From assembly GCA_947625465.1 (NCBI GenBank), contig CANQOK010000003.1, forward strand, positions 68,316-132,315: 64,000 nt of DNA. The letters are read 5' to 3'. The notes below the pieces were generated by a model. It saw only the letters and a program-made list of their open reading frames with translations, was not told the DNA's origin and made no database searches. This DNA is from an uncultured Lachnospiraceae bacterium. Its GTDB lineage: Bacteria > Bacillota > Clostridia > Lachnospirales > Lachnospiraceae. Below are positions 1 to 8,561 of the stretch, one piece after another. A program made the position numbers and the translations under genes. The stretch's first letter is position 1, and the number at the start of each line of letters is the position of its first letter.

Positions 1-62
1 GGCAGCACGATCGTTTTCTTATCTGCTTTCGCTCTTTCTTTGATTACATCAATAAATGCCAT
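1..62 (-). CDS. pta: phosphate acetyltransferase, N-terminal ~20 codons only (gene runs off the left edge)
   Basis: Reverse complement of 1..62 translates MAFIDVIKERAKADKKTIVL(P), which resembles the usual Pta N-terminus (..KK.IVLPEG). AGGAG Shine-Dalgarno at 71..75 (minus), 8 nt before the ATG at 62. Absent from the ORF track because it is truncated. Confidence 0.5.
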   Translation of the reverse strand, partial: MAFIDVIKERAKADKKTIVL

Positions 63-167
63 GATAAAAGCTCCTTTCGTATAGCCATATTTATTTTTAT
101 TATACTCCTCATTATTTCGCTAGACAAGCACATTTTTTCATAAAAAACATATTTTTCCGGCGGCTCG

Positions 168-196
168 TTGCATTCTCATCGAAATTCGGTTACAAT
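168..196 (+). promoter_or_regulatory. sigma-A-type promoter candidate for tmcAL
   Basis: TTGCAT (168..173), 17-nt spacer, TACAAT (191..196), about 35 nt upstream of the ATG at 231. Confidence 0.4.
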
Positions 197-230
197 AAAA
201 TTCAGACAGCAGAACGGAAAGGATCAAAAA

Positions 231-1505
231 ATGAAACAGGAAGCAGTTGTTGGTATCATAGCGGAATACAATCCCTTTCATAACGGACATGCCTATCAGA
301 TCGCCCGGGCAAAGGAGCTGACCGGCGCGCGGTATGCCGTAATCGTCATGAGCGGTAATTTCGTACAGCGGGGAGCCCCTGCGCTCATCGATAAGCATAC
401 CCGTACCCGGATGGCACTGTCCGGCGGCGCCGACCTGGTACTGGAGCTTCCGGTCTGCTGCGCGACTGCCGGCGCGGATCGGTTTGCGGAGGGCGCCGTT
501 TCAATCCTGGACCGGCTTGGCGTTGTCACCCACCTCTGCTTCGGCAGCGAATCCGGAGATCTGGCTCCTTTGCAGCAGACCGCGCATCTGCTCGCTTCGG
601 AATCTTCCGCCTTTTCCGAGCGGCTGCAGGCCGCGTTAAAAACAGGAATTCCCTACGCGAAAGCCATGGAAACCGCTGTTTTGGCAGAAAGCGGGATTTC
701 CCTGCCGGAAGGATTTTTATCGCAGCCTAATCATTTACTTGGGATTTCTTATTTAAAGGCCTTAAAACGGCAGCAAAGTTCCATTCAGGGAATTACGGTC
801 AAGCGCCTGGGCCAGGCATATAACGATACGGCGTTTCCGCCCTCCGGCCATGCGGACGCTTCCGGTTTTTATGCTTCTGCCGCCGCGATCCGAAACGCTG
901 TTTTGACAGATGATCCGTCCTGGAGACAGGCGATTCCGGTTCCGGCTCTGGATATTTTTTCCGGCGCGCTGGAGCGGACCGGCTGTCTTACCTCCGATGA
1001 TTTTTCCCAGGCGCTGGGATACGCCCTGCTGCAGGCCGCTCCCGCCGATTATCTGGATCTTTCTTTGGACCTGGCAAATCGGATCCGGAAACTGCTTCCT
1101 GCCTACCGGTCATTTTCCCAGTTTGCGGCACTGTTAAAAAATAAAAGCAATACCTATACCGCTGTCTGCCGGGGACTCCTGCATATCCTGCTCGATATCC
1201 GGCAGTCCGATCCGGAGCTGTTCCTTCCTGCCGGAAGCGCCGCCGTTCCCACAATGGCCGTGCGCATTTTGGGATTTCGGAAAGACGCGGCGCCCTTATT
1301 GTCGGAGATCAAAAAAAACAGCACCCTTTCTCTCATCAGCAGACTTGCCGAATATGAGAAGGATCCTGTTTCCAATGCAAATACGGACAGAATATTCCGT
1401 CAGACACTGCGCGCCGACGCCCTGTACCGGCTGGTACAGATGCAAAAAAGCAGCGCCTCAATTCCGACGGAATATGAACAGCCGATCATAATTCTTAATT
1501 CTTAA
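231..1505 (+). CDS. tmcAL: tRNA(Met) cytidine acetate ligase (YlbM/UPF0348 nucleotidyltransferase)
   Basis: ORF 168..1505. [19 protein letters not shown] (HxGH-type motif) and [12 protein letters not shown] are typical of TmcAL/YlbM. Start moved to ATG 231 (MKQEAVVGI), preceded by AAAGGA; the 168 start falls inside the predicted promoter. Confidence 0.85.
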   Translation: MKQEAVVGIIAEYNPFHNGHAYQIARAKELTGARYAVIVMSGNFVQRGAPALIDKHTRTRMALSGGADLVLELPVCCATAGADRFAEGAVSILDRLGVVTHLCFGSESGDLAPLQQTAHLLASESSAFSERLQAALKTGIPYAKAMETAVLAESGISLPEGFLSQPNHLLGISYLKALKRQQSSIQGITVKRLGQAYNDTAFPPSGHADASGFYASAAAIRNAVLTDDPSWRQAIPVPALDIFSGALERTGCLTSDDFSQALGYALLQAAPADYLDLSLDLANRIRKLLPAYRSFSQFAALLKNKSNTYTAVCRGLLHILLDIRQSDPELFLPAGSAAVPTMAVRILGFRKDAAPLLSEIKKNSTLSLISRLAEYEKDPVSNANTDRIFRQTLRADALYRLVQMQKSSASIPTEYEQPIIILNS

Positions 1506-2859
1506 AGCTGTGAATCGGCGCGGGGATTCTGCCCTGCCGATTGACAAATGCGTCACATCCAAAGGAATTGACCGGTATAACGGGCGCATATCCCAACAAA
1601 CCGCCAAATTCCACTACCTCACCGACGCCCTTTCCGATCACCGGGATCAGACGGACTGCCGTGGTCTTCTGGTTGATCATGCCGATTGCGGCTTCATCCG
1701 CGATAATGCCGGCAATGGTAGTCGCTTTGGTATCGCCCGGTACCGCGATCATATCCAGACCTACCGAGCAGACGCAGGTCATGGCTTCCAGTTTTTCAAG
1801 CGTTAAGGCCTGTGCGTTGACCGCGTCAATCATACCCTGATCCTCCGAAACCGGAATAAACGCGCCGCTCAGTCCGCCCACATAGGAGGACGCCATCACG
1901 CCGCCTTTTTTTACCTGGTCATTGAGCAGAGCCAGCGCTGCCGTTGTGCCGGGTGCGCCTACCTCCTCCAAACCGATTTCTTTTAAAATATCAGCCACGC
2001 TGTCGCCGATCGCCGGGGTTGGCGCCAGCGACAAATCCACAATTCCAAACGGAATCTGCAGCATCTCAGAGGCTTCTTTTGCCACCAGCTGACCTACACG
2101 GGTTACCTTAAAGGCTGTCTTTTTAATTGTTTCACACAGGACTTCAAAACTTTCTCCGCGTACGGCCTGCAGCGCAGTCTTTACGACGCCGGGACCGCTG
2201 ACGCCTACATTGATAATGGCGTCCGCTTCGGTTACGCCATGAAAGGCTCCCGCCATAAACGGATTATCGTCCGGTGCGTTACAGAATACCACCAGTTTGG
2301 CGCATCCGATTGAGCCCTGATCCGCTGTGGCCTCCGCCGTCTTTTTAACGATCTCACCCATCAGGCGGACAGCGTCCATATTTAACCCGGTTCTGGTCGA
2401 TCCCACATTGACAGAGCTGCATACCCGTTCAGTCACCGCCAGCGCCTGGGGAATGGAACGGATCAGATTCTCCTCCGCCGGCGTCATCCCTTTGGATACC
2501 AGCGCGGAATATCCGCCGATAAAATTCACGCCTACCGCATGCGCCACATTATCGAGTGTCTGCGCAATCGTAATGAAATCCTCCGGGCATCTGCAGGCAG
2601 CCGCGCCGACCAGCGCGATGGGCGTAACGGAAATCCGCTTATTGACAATGGGAACCCCGAATTCCCGGGAGATTTCTTCTCCCACTTCTACCAGATGCTC
2701 CGCTTTGGTAAATATCTTATCATAAATCTTCTGATTCAGTTTGGCCAGATCGCTGTCTATGCAGTCTAACAGGCTGATTCCCATAGTAATGGTACGCACA
2801 TCCAGATTTTCCTGGTCGATCATTTTATTGGTTTCATTGACTTCAAAAAAATTTATCAT
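1495..2859 (-). CDS. UPF0210 family protein (DUF711), function unknown
   Basis: 454-aa ORF. N-terminus ..[23 protein letters not shown].. and the Gly-rich C-terminal half match my memory of the UPF0210 family. AGGAGG lies 5-6 nt upstream of the ATG at 2859. It sits immediately downstream of its usual ACT-domain partner. Confidence 0.8.
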   Translation of the reverse strand: MINFFEVNETNKMIDQENLDVRTITMGISLLDCIDSDLAKLNQKIYDKIFTKAEHLVEVGEEISREFGVPIVNKRISVTPIALVGAAACRCPEDFITIAQTLDNVAHAVGVNFIGGYSALVSKGMTPAEENLIRSIPQALAVTERVCSSVNVGSTRTGLNMDAVRLMGEIVKKTAEATADQGSIGCAKLVVFCNAPDDNPFMAGAFHGVTEADAIINVGVSGPGVVKTALQAVRGESFEVLCETIKKTAFKVTRVGQLVAKEASEMLQIPFGIVDLSLAPTPAIGDSVADILKEIGLEEVGAPGTTAALALLNDQVKKGGVMASSYVGGLSGAFIPVSEDQGMIDAVNAQALTLEKLEAMTCVCSVGLDMIAVPGDTKATTIAGIIADEAAIGMINQKTTAVRLIPVIGKGVGEVVEFGGLLGYAPVIPVNSFGCDAFVNRQGRIPAPIHSFKN

Positions 2860-2868
2860 GGCAGCCTC

Positions 2869-3141
2869 CTAGATCCGGTGCATACTGTTAAAAATATCTT
2901 CATGCTGCATCCGGATATGCAGCCCCATCTCTCTGCCGATCTCTTCCAGTTCATCCGCCATCTGGTCAAACGGTTTCGACGCGTTATTGCAGTCCACGAT
3001 CATCATCATATTAAAAAATTCCGAAACAATCGTCTGGGAAATATCCAGAATGTTTACATTGCTCTCCGCCAGATATGAACATACCTTTGCAATGATCCCC
3101 ACGGTATCTTTTCCTACTACTGTAATAATTGTTTTTTTCAT
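2869..3141 (-). CDS. ACT domain-containing protein (UPF0237 family)
   Basis: 90-aa ORF MKKTIITVVGKDTVGIIAKVCSYLAESNVNILDISQT.. is a classic single ACT fold. It lies 9 nt upstream of the UPF0210 gene. AGGAG precedes the ATG. Confidence 0.85.
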   Translation of the reverse strand: MKKTIITVVGKDTVGIIAKVCSYLAESNVNILDISQTIVSEFFNMMMIVDCNNASKPFDQMADELEEIGREMGLHIRMQHEDIFNSMHRI

Positions 3142-3184
3142 CTTTGCTCCTGTCCGCCCGGTTCCGGGCTTTTATTCTACTATC

Positions 3185-3982
3185 TTATATCTCAACCATG
3201 GAAGATACCGTATCGCGCTTTGCGATCTCAATATCAAAATCATCGCCCTTATAAGGGGAATCCGACATGGTAATTTCTGTACGCACCGTTTCAAACGCCA
3301 GCGCTTCATAGTTGTTTTCCTTACTCAAATGCCCTAAAAAGACTTTCTTCAATCCGTTATGTAAGACGGCATTCAGCAGCTGTCCGGACATTTCATTGGA
3401 GAGATGCCCGCGTTCGCCCAGAATCCGCCGTTTCAGATAATACGGATATCCGCCAGCCTGCAGCATATGCACATCGTGGTTGGCCTCCAGCAGCAGGGCG
3501 TCCAGACCGGAAAGATGTTCCACCGTATACGCGCTGTAGGTTCCCATATCGGTTGCCACCGCCACCGCCTGTCCCTCGGATTCCACCCGGTATGCCACAG
3601 GGTTCAGCGCGTCATGAGAGATTCGAAACGGCTTAACCTCCATATCCTTGATCTGCAGTGTCTCATCCGGCTCTACTTCGCAAAACAGAGAGCGGTCCAA
3701 CTCTCCGCATTTTCCATACTGGCAGATCCCAAGCAGCGTTTCTTTTGTCCCGTAAATGGGAACCGCGTATTTCCTGGAAAACACGCCCAGTCCGCTCACA
3801 TGGTCGCTGTGTTCATGGGTAATGAAAACGCCGTCAATATCCCGCGGATCCACGTTATGGGTATAAAGCCCCTCCTCGATCCGTTTCCGGCTGATTCCCG
3901 CGTCAATCAGGATATTTCCCCGGCTGCTCCCCACAAAAATACAGTTCCCGCTGCTTCCGCTTGCAATGCTCGCCATTCTCAT
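3185..3982 (-). CDS. MBL-fold metallo-hydrolase (YycJ/WalJ-like)
   Basis: 265-aa ORF with the HxHxDH motif (ITHEHSDHVSG), GSSGNC near the N-terminus, and a later GHLS. Confidence 0.85.
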   Translation of the reverse strand: MRMASIASGSSGNCIFVGSSRGNILIDAGISRKRIEEGLYTHNVDPRDIDGVFITHEHSDHVSGLGVFSRKYAVPIYGTKETLLGICQYGKCGELDRSLFCEVEPDETLQIKDMEVKPFRISHDALNPVAYRVESEGQAVAVATDMGTYSAYTVEHLSGLDALLLEANHDVHMLQAGGYPYYLKRRILGERGHLSNEMSGQLLNAVLHNGLKKVFLGHLSKENNYEALAFETVRTEITMSDSPYKGDDFDIEIAKRDTVSSMVEI

Positions 3983-4101
3983 TTGTCATTACCTCATAAA
4001 AATTCTTCGACAAATAAAATAACATACTTATTAGAAAATTTCTACCGGAAATTAAATTTTATCAGCAGAAAAATTCTCTTTTCCGCAATCCGCGGCTTCC
4101 T

Positions 4102-5613
4102 TTACCGGATATCCGTGATCAGCCGCTTCAGATAGCCGTACATGGCGTTGCAGGAAGAAATCGACATTTTTTCCTCGGTAGTATGGATATTTAAAATATC
4201 GGGGCCAAATGAAATGATGTCTAACCACGGATATTTTTCTTTGAAATATCCGCATTCCAGACCGGCATGGACAGCCGCCACCTTCGGCCGGGTTCCGAAC
4301 AGTTCCTCGTAAATCCGGCACATCTCATCCCGCAGATGCGAAACGGGATCAACCTTCCAGCCGGGATAATCGCCGCTTTCACTGTAATCTCCGCCCAGCA
4401 TTTCAATGAGGCACGCCAGTTTTTTCCCCAACTCCCGCTTCCGGGAATCCACAGAGCTCCGAACGGAAATATATGCTTCCATCCGATCCGAAGTCATCCG
4501 GAAAACTCCCAGATTTAAAGAAGTTTCCACCAGGCCGGGAATCTGCTGTTCCATATGCTGAATTCCGTTCGGTACCATGTTCAAAAAGAAGATCAGTTTA
4601 TCGGTGTCCGCGAAATCACAGGTCTCCTCATAACTTTCTTCCTGCCATTCCAGCGACAGGCTGATATCCGGATCCGCCGAAACATACTGTGACCGGAACT
4701 CGGTTTCCAGTTCCGATATCCGATCGGAAATCTCACGCATCTTTTCAGCCGTGTAAGCCGCGTCCGGAGCGGAGATCTGTCCGGTATCCGCCAGATACTG
4801 CGCCTGCAGATCGAATAAAAGAACCGCTTCCGCATCTCTTGGGATTGCATTGTCTTTTAATCCGCCGTGCAGATCCGCAATGGCAAACAGGCATTTCTGT
4901 TTTAGTTCACGCAATACGGTTCCCAGCAGCAGTACGGCATTTCCGCGTTCTTTATCAATCTCCGTACCGGAATGCCCGCCGATCAGTCCCGATACGCGCA
5001 GCACGGCTCTGCGGCCCGTAAAGCCTTCGCGCACTACCGGAAGCTGACACAGCGCCGTCATGCCGCCCGCGCATCCGGACCAAAGCACGCCGTGCTCTTC
5101 CGAATCCAGATTCAGCATATATTTAGACTGCACGGCCGGAAGCTCCATCCCCTGCGCGCCCAGCAGTCCGATTTCCTCATCCACTGTAAAAATAACCTCA
5201 AGCATCGGATGGGACAATTTCTCGTCATCCAGGATTGACAGGGCGTACGCAATGGCAATTCCGTCGTCTCCGCCTAGCGTAGTATCGACGGCAGAGATAT
5301 AATCGCCCTCCACCTGCAGAGTCAGTCCTTCTGTTTTCATATCGATGGTGCTCCCCGGCTTCTGCTCCGTCACCATATCCAGGTGTCCCTGCAGTAAGAT
5401 CCCTGGTTCCTGTTCCCGTCCCGGCGAAGCCTCCTTCCGGATATAAACATTTCCCATCTGATCCTGTACGGCTTCCAGCCGGTGAGCCCGGGCAAATTCC
5501 ATACAATAGCCGCTGATCTGCCGGGTATTGCCGGAACCCCTGGGAATCCGGCTGATTTCTTCAAAATAATCAAAAAAACGTTCGGTTGACAATCCCTTTA
5601 ATCTGTTGCTCAT
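4102..5613 (-). CDS. pepD: aminoacyl-histidine dipeptidase (M20 family, PepD-like)
   Basis: 503-aa ORF with LQGHLDMV, FTVDEEIGLLGA and HAGLECG motifs typical of Xaa-His dipeptidase. Confidence 0.85.
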   Translation of the reverse strand: MSNRLKGLSTERFFDYFEEISRIPRGSGNTRQISGYCMEFARAHRLEAVQDQMGNVYIRKEASPGREQEPGILLQGHLDMVTEQKPGSTIDMKTEGLTLQVEGDYISAVDTTLGGDDGIAIAYALSILDDEKLSHPMLEVIFTVDEEIGLLGAQGMELPAVQSKYMLNLDSEEHGVLWSGCAGGMTALCQLPVVREGFTGRRAVLRVSGLIGGHSGTEIDKERGNAVLLLGTVLRELKQKCLFAIADLHGGLKDNAIPRDAEAVLLFDLQAQYLADTGQISAPDAAYTAEKMREISDRISELETEFRSQYVSADPDISLSLEWQEESYEETCDFADTDKLIFFLNMVPNGIQHMEQQIPGLVETSLNLGVFRMTSDRMEAYISVRSSVDSRKRELGKKLACLIEMLGGDYSESGDYPGWKVDPVSHLRDEMCRIYEELFGTRPKVAAVHAGLECGYFKEKYPWLDIISFGPDILNIHTTEEKMSISSCNAMYGYLKRLITDIR

Positions 5614-5667
5614 AATTGCTTCAACTCCTTCATATCATTCTATAACAACATTGCCAGGCTGATTCCT

Positions 5668-6615
5668 ATGCAAAAAATAATTCTCCGATTGATCCTGTTA
5701 TGCCTGATCGCCCTCGCCGTGCTGTTTCCCCAGATTACCTTAAAAGGCGCCGGCACCGGTCTGAACCTGTGGCTGTTCACTCTGGTTCCGACCTTACTCC
5801 CATTTCTAATTTTTACCAATATTCTGATTGCTATACAGGGCGACCTCTGGCTTTCCCGGCTGCTGTACTGTCCCTTAAAAAAACTGTTTCCGGTATCGTT
5901 TTCCGGGACATACGCCATCTGTATCGGTATGCTCTGCGGCTATCCCATGGGAGCAAAGGCAGTTGCCGATCTGCTAAACGACCGGAAGATCTCTCTGCAG
6001 GAAGGGCAGTATCTCCTCTGCTTCTGTAATTATCCAAGTCCTATGTTCCTGGCCGGATATGTCTGTCAGGTCTGCGGGCTGCAGGAGTATTCCTGGATTC
6101 TTTTTACCGCTCTCTACGGAAGTCTCCTGTTCAGCGGACAATTGTTTCGTCTGTTCACACCTGCCGGGCACGGGCAGCGGCAATGCGATTCCGTTTCAGC
6201 CGTTTCGGCCATCTCAGATGTACCCGCTGAAAGATTCCGGTTTTCCATGCTGGATAACGCTATCCTGCAGGCAATCCGGACGATCCTGAAGTTTGGCGGC
6301 TATGTAATGCTGTACTCGATTCTCGCCGCTTATATCCGATCGATCGGCGTACCCTGGATCTTTCCAAAGCTGCTGACCGAAGGAATCCTGGAAATCACCA
6401 ATGGGATCTCCGATATCGCGCTTCAGGGACTGTCGGTTTCTCTGATGCTCCCTGTGGTCTGTTTTCTGTCGGCATTTGGAGGGCTCTCTACTTTTTCACA
6501 GACAGCCAGCGTACTGAGCGGCAGCAAAATCTCACTTGGCCGGTACTTTTTCGCCAAACTTACAAACGGGATTCTGGCCTTTGCCATCGCCGTACTGCTG
6601 CTGCAGCTCCTGTAA
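5668..6615 (+). CDS. ylbJ: sporulation integral membrane protein YlbJ-like (nucleoside-recognition-domain membrane protein)
   Basis: 315-aa polytopic membrane ORF. N-terminus ..GAGTGLNLWLFTLVPTLLPFLIFTNIL.. resembles YlbJ. It sits in a ylb-type neighbourhood (coaD, rsmD, tmcAL). Weak SD, so the start is uncertain. Confidence 0.55.
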   Translation: MQKIILRLILLCLIALAVLFPQITLKGAGTGLNLWLFTLVPTLLPFLIFTNILIAIQGDLWLSRLLYCPLKKLFPVSFSGTYAICIGMLCGYPMGAKAVADLLNDRKISLQEGQYLLCFCNYPSPMFLAGYVCQVCGLQEYSWILFTALYGSLLFSGQLFRLFTPAGHGQRQCDSVSAVSAISDVPAERFRFSMLDNAILQAIRTILKFGGYVMLYSILAAYIRSIGVPWIFPKLLTEGILEITNGISDIALQGLSVSLMLPVVCFLSAFGGLSTFSQTASVLSGSKISLGRYFFAKLTNGILAFAIAVLLLQLL

Positions 6616-6645
6616 TCCGCCAAACGGTTCTCATAAGATAAAGAA

Positions 6646-6697
6646 AGGGGTTGTTACAAAATCAGAACTCCTGCGTTTTGATCCTGCAACAACCCCT
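6646..6697. terminator. hairpin between convergent ylbJ and the coiled-coil gene (probably bidirectional terminator)
   Basis: aggggttgttaca (6646..6658) pairs with tgcaacaacccct (6685..6697) at 12 of 13 positions, with a 26-nt loop. The flank is T-rich in the minus sense (TTTCTTTAT). Confidence 0.45.
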
Positions 6698-6710
6698 TCT
6701 ATGGCATCCT

Positions 6711-7313
6711 TTAATCCATATCAACGGTATAATCTTCTAAATTATTGCCCGCTTCGTCAAATTCTTCCGCATTTTCATCATCCTGAGATAATTCCTTCCG
6801 GTTGTCGATCACAATCTCCAATGATGTATTCAGAGAACGCATCAGGGACTCATACTTGTCCTGCAGATTATTCATGCCGTTTGTCAAAATTCCCTGTAAA
6901 TTCGCCAATGCATCGTCTGTATACTGCATCGCGCTCATCCGGACACTGTTGGCTTCTTCCGTTGCGTTGTCCAAAATCTGCTGTGCCTGATTGGTCGCCT
7001 GCTGTACTACGTCATTCGCCTGCTGATATGCCTGCTGCATGATCTCATGCTCGCTGACCAGCTCCGTAATATGCGCTGTTGCCTCGGCTATCATTGCTTC
7101 GGCGCGTTCTCTGGCGTCATTTAAAATTGCTTCCTTATTGCTGATGATCTTCTGATACTTCTTGATCTCATCCGGCGTTTTCAGTCGAAGCTCTGCCAAC
7201 AATTCGTCGATCTCTTCCTTTACAACGATGATCTTCGTATTGGACAGAGGCTGAAATTTACAATTGTCTATGTATTCTTCAATCTCAGTAATAATCTGTT
7301 CAATCTTACTCAT
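6711..7313 (-). CDS. hypothetical coiled-coil protein with acidic C-terminus
   Basis: 200-aa ORF rich in E/Q/A heptad-like sequence (..AEAMIAEATAHITELVSEHEIMQQAYQQANDVVQQATNQAQQILDNATEEAN..). It has its own promoter-like and terminator-like elements. I do not recognise a specific family; it reminds me of ATPase subunit H/b-like annotations. Confidence 0.6.
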   Translation of the reverse strand: MSKIEQIITEIEEYIDNCKFQPLSNTKIIVVKEEIDELLAELRLKTPDEIKKYQKIISNKEAILNDARERAEAMIAEATAHITELVSEHEIMQQAYQQANDVVQQATNQAQQILDNATEEANSVRMSAMQYTDDALANLQGILTNGMNNLQDKYESLMRSLNTSLEIVIDNRKELSQDDENAEEFDEAGNNLEDYTVDMD

Positions 7314-7349
7314 GGTATCTTCTCCTTCTCATCCATTCTTTATAATACA

Positions 7350-7378
7350 TTTATATACTAAATATTAGTTTCTTGCAA
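7350..7378 (-). promoter_or_regulatory. sigma-A-type promoter candidate for the coiled-coil gene
   Basis: Minus sense: TTGCAA (7373..7378), 17 nt, TATAAA (7350..7355), about 35 nt upstream of the ATG at 7313. Confidence 0.4.
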
Positions 7379-7388
7379 GTACATTATT

Positions 7389-7865
7389 CTATTTTTTCAA
7401 TTTTGCGCGTACTTTTTCAATCACAAACGGCGGTACAAACTGTGTCAGATCTCCATCGAACATCGCTACTTCTTTTACGACGCTGGAACTCAAATAAGAA
7501 TATTCCAGACTGGTGGTGAAAAAAATAGTATCTACATCTTTGTTCATGATCCGGTTTGTCTGAGACATCTGCAGTTCATATTCAAAATCCGTGATCGCGC
7601 GAAGTCCTCTGACGATAATGCTTGCCCCCATGGATCTGGCAAAATCTACCAAAAGTCCCTCAAAGGACCGCACTTCCACATTCGGCATATCTTTTACAGC
7701 CTCCCGGATCATGGCAACCCGTTCTTCTGCCGTAAACATCGGTGTCTTTCCCTGATTGTTCAGTACACCGACGATCAGCCGGTCCACTGTTTTGGAAGAA
7801 CGCTTGATAATATCCATATGCCCGAGTGTGATGGGATCAAAGCTGCCCGGATAGATTCCTGTCAT
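7389..7865 (-). CDS. coaD: phosphopantetheine adenylyltransferase
   Basis: 158-aa [21 protein letters not shown] and ..[13 protein letters not shown].. are CoaD hallmarks. Confidence 0.95.
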   Translation of the reverse strand: MTGIYPGSFDPITLGHMDIIKRSSKTVDRLIVGVLNNQGKTPMFTAEERVAMIREAVKDMPNVEVRSFEGLLVDFARSMGASIIVRGLRAITDFEYELQMSQTNRIMNKDVDTIFFTTSLEYSYLSSSVVKEVAMFDGDLTQFVPPFVIEKVRAKLKK

Positions 7866-7901
7866 AATTCTCTGCGTGTGAGATTCACACTTTCCTCCCT
7901 G

Positions 7902-8459
7902 CTATTCTGTTTTTCTGAAAAAGGCATGCTGATTCGTACCGTAGCGCTTCTGTCTGTACAATTTCAGTCCCAGCGAATCCGCATAAGCAAATTCCGTTTC
8001 CGCGGCAGCCTCCGCAATTACAATAGAATCCGGATGCAGCAGAACAGAAGACGCGATCCGTGTCAATATCTGTTTTTCCATATCCTGCCGGTAAGGCGGA
8101 TCCATAAACACGATATCCGCTCGGATCCCCTGCATGATCAGCTTTTCCAAAGCCTGATCCGCATCCATTGCCATCACTACAGCTCTGTCCGCGAGTTTTG
8201 TATGCGCCAGATTGTCCCGGATACACTGCAGGGCTTCCCTCTGCTTTTCCACAAAATAGCACCTGGCAGCGCCGCGGCTTAACGCCTCGATCCCGATCCC
8301 GCCGCTTCCGCTGAACAGATCTATAAAAACGGCTCCCGGGACCTCATACTGTATCATGTTAAACAAGGTCTCTTTGATCCGATCCGTTGTCGGTCTCGTA
8401 TTGTATCCGGCAGGCGTCTTTAAAAGCAAATGCTTCGCGCTCCCTGCTATTACCCGCAT
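7902..8459 (-). CDS. rsmD: 16S rRNA (guanine966-N2)-methyltransferase
   Basis: 185-aa ORF. MRVIAGSAK...RPTTDRIKETLFN, SAM motif DLFSGSGGIGIEALSRGA, and catalytic DPPY. Confidence 0.9.
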   Translation of the reverse strand: MRVIAGSAKHLLLKTPAGYNTRPTTDRIKETLFNMIQYEVPGAVFIDLFSGSGGIGIEALSRGAARCYFVEKQREALQCIRDNLAHTKLADRAVVMAMDADQALEKLIMQGIRADIVFMDPPYRQDMEKQILTRIASSVLLHPDSIVIAEAAAETEFAYADSLGLKLYRQKRYGTNQHAFFRKTE

Positions 8460-8510
8460 GTCGTTTCCTGCCTTCTCTCTGATTCTTTAAAAATAAAACG
8501 TATCAATTTG

Positions 8511-8547
8511 CAGAAAACACCTGAGAAACCTTTCCGTCTCTCAGGTG
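8511..8547 (-). terminator. rho-independent terminator after rpsA
   Basis: cacctgaga (8518..8526) and tctcaggtg (8539..8547) form a perfect 9-bp stem with a 12-nt loop, followed in the minus sense by TTTTCTG. Confidence 0.6.
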
Positions 8548-8561
8548 ACTGTATCTTCGTA

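Noticed and set aside
3157-3170. GC hairpin gcccg-gttc-cgggc between the MBL hydrolase and ACT genes
   Set aside because: Its T-run follows only on the plus strand, where there is no gene. In the minus sense it lacks a U-tract, so I do not call it a terminator.
3404-4135. 243-aa plus-strand ORF
   Set aside because: It is antisense to the MBL-fold hydrolase gene and runs through the intergenic region with no start signals.
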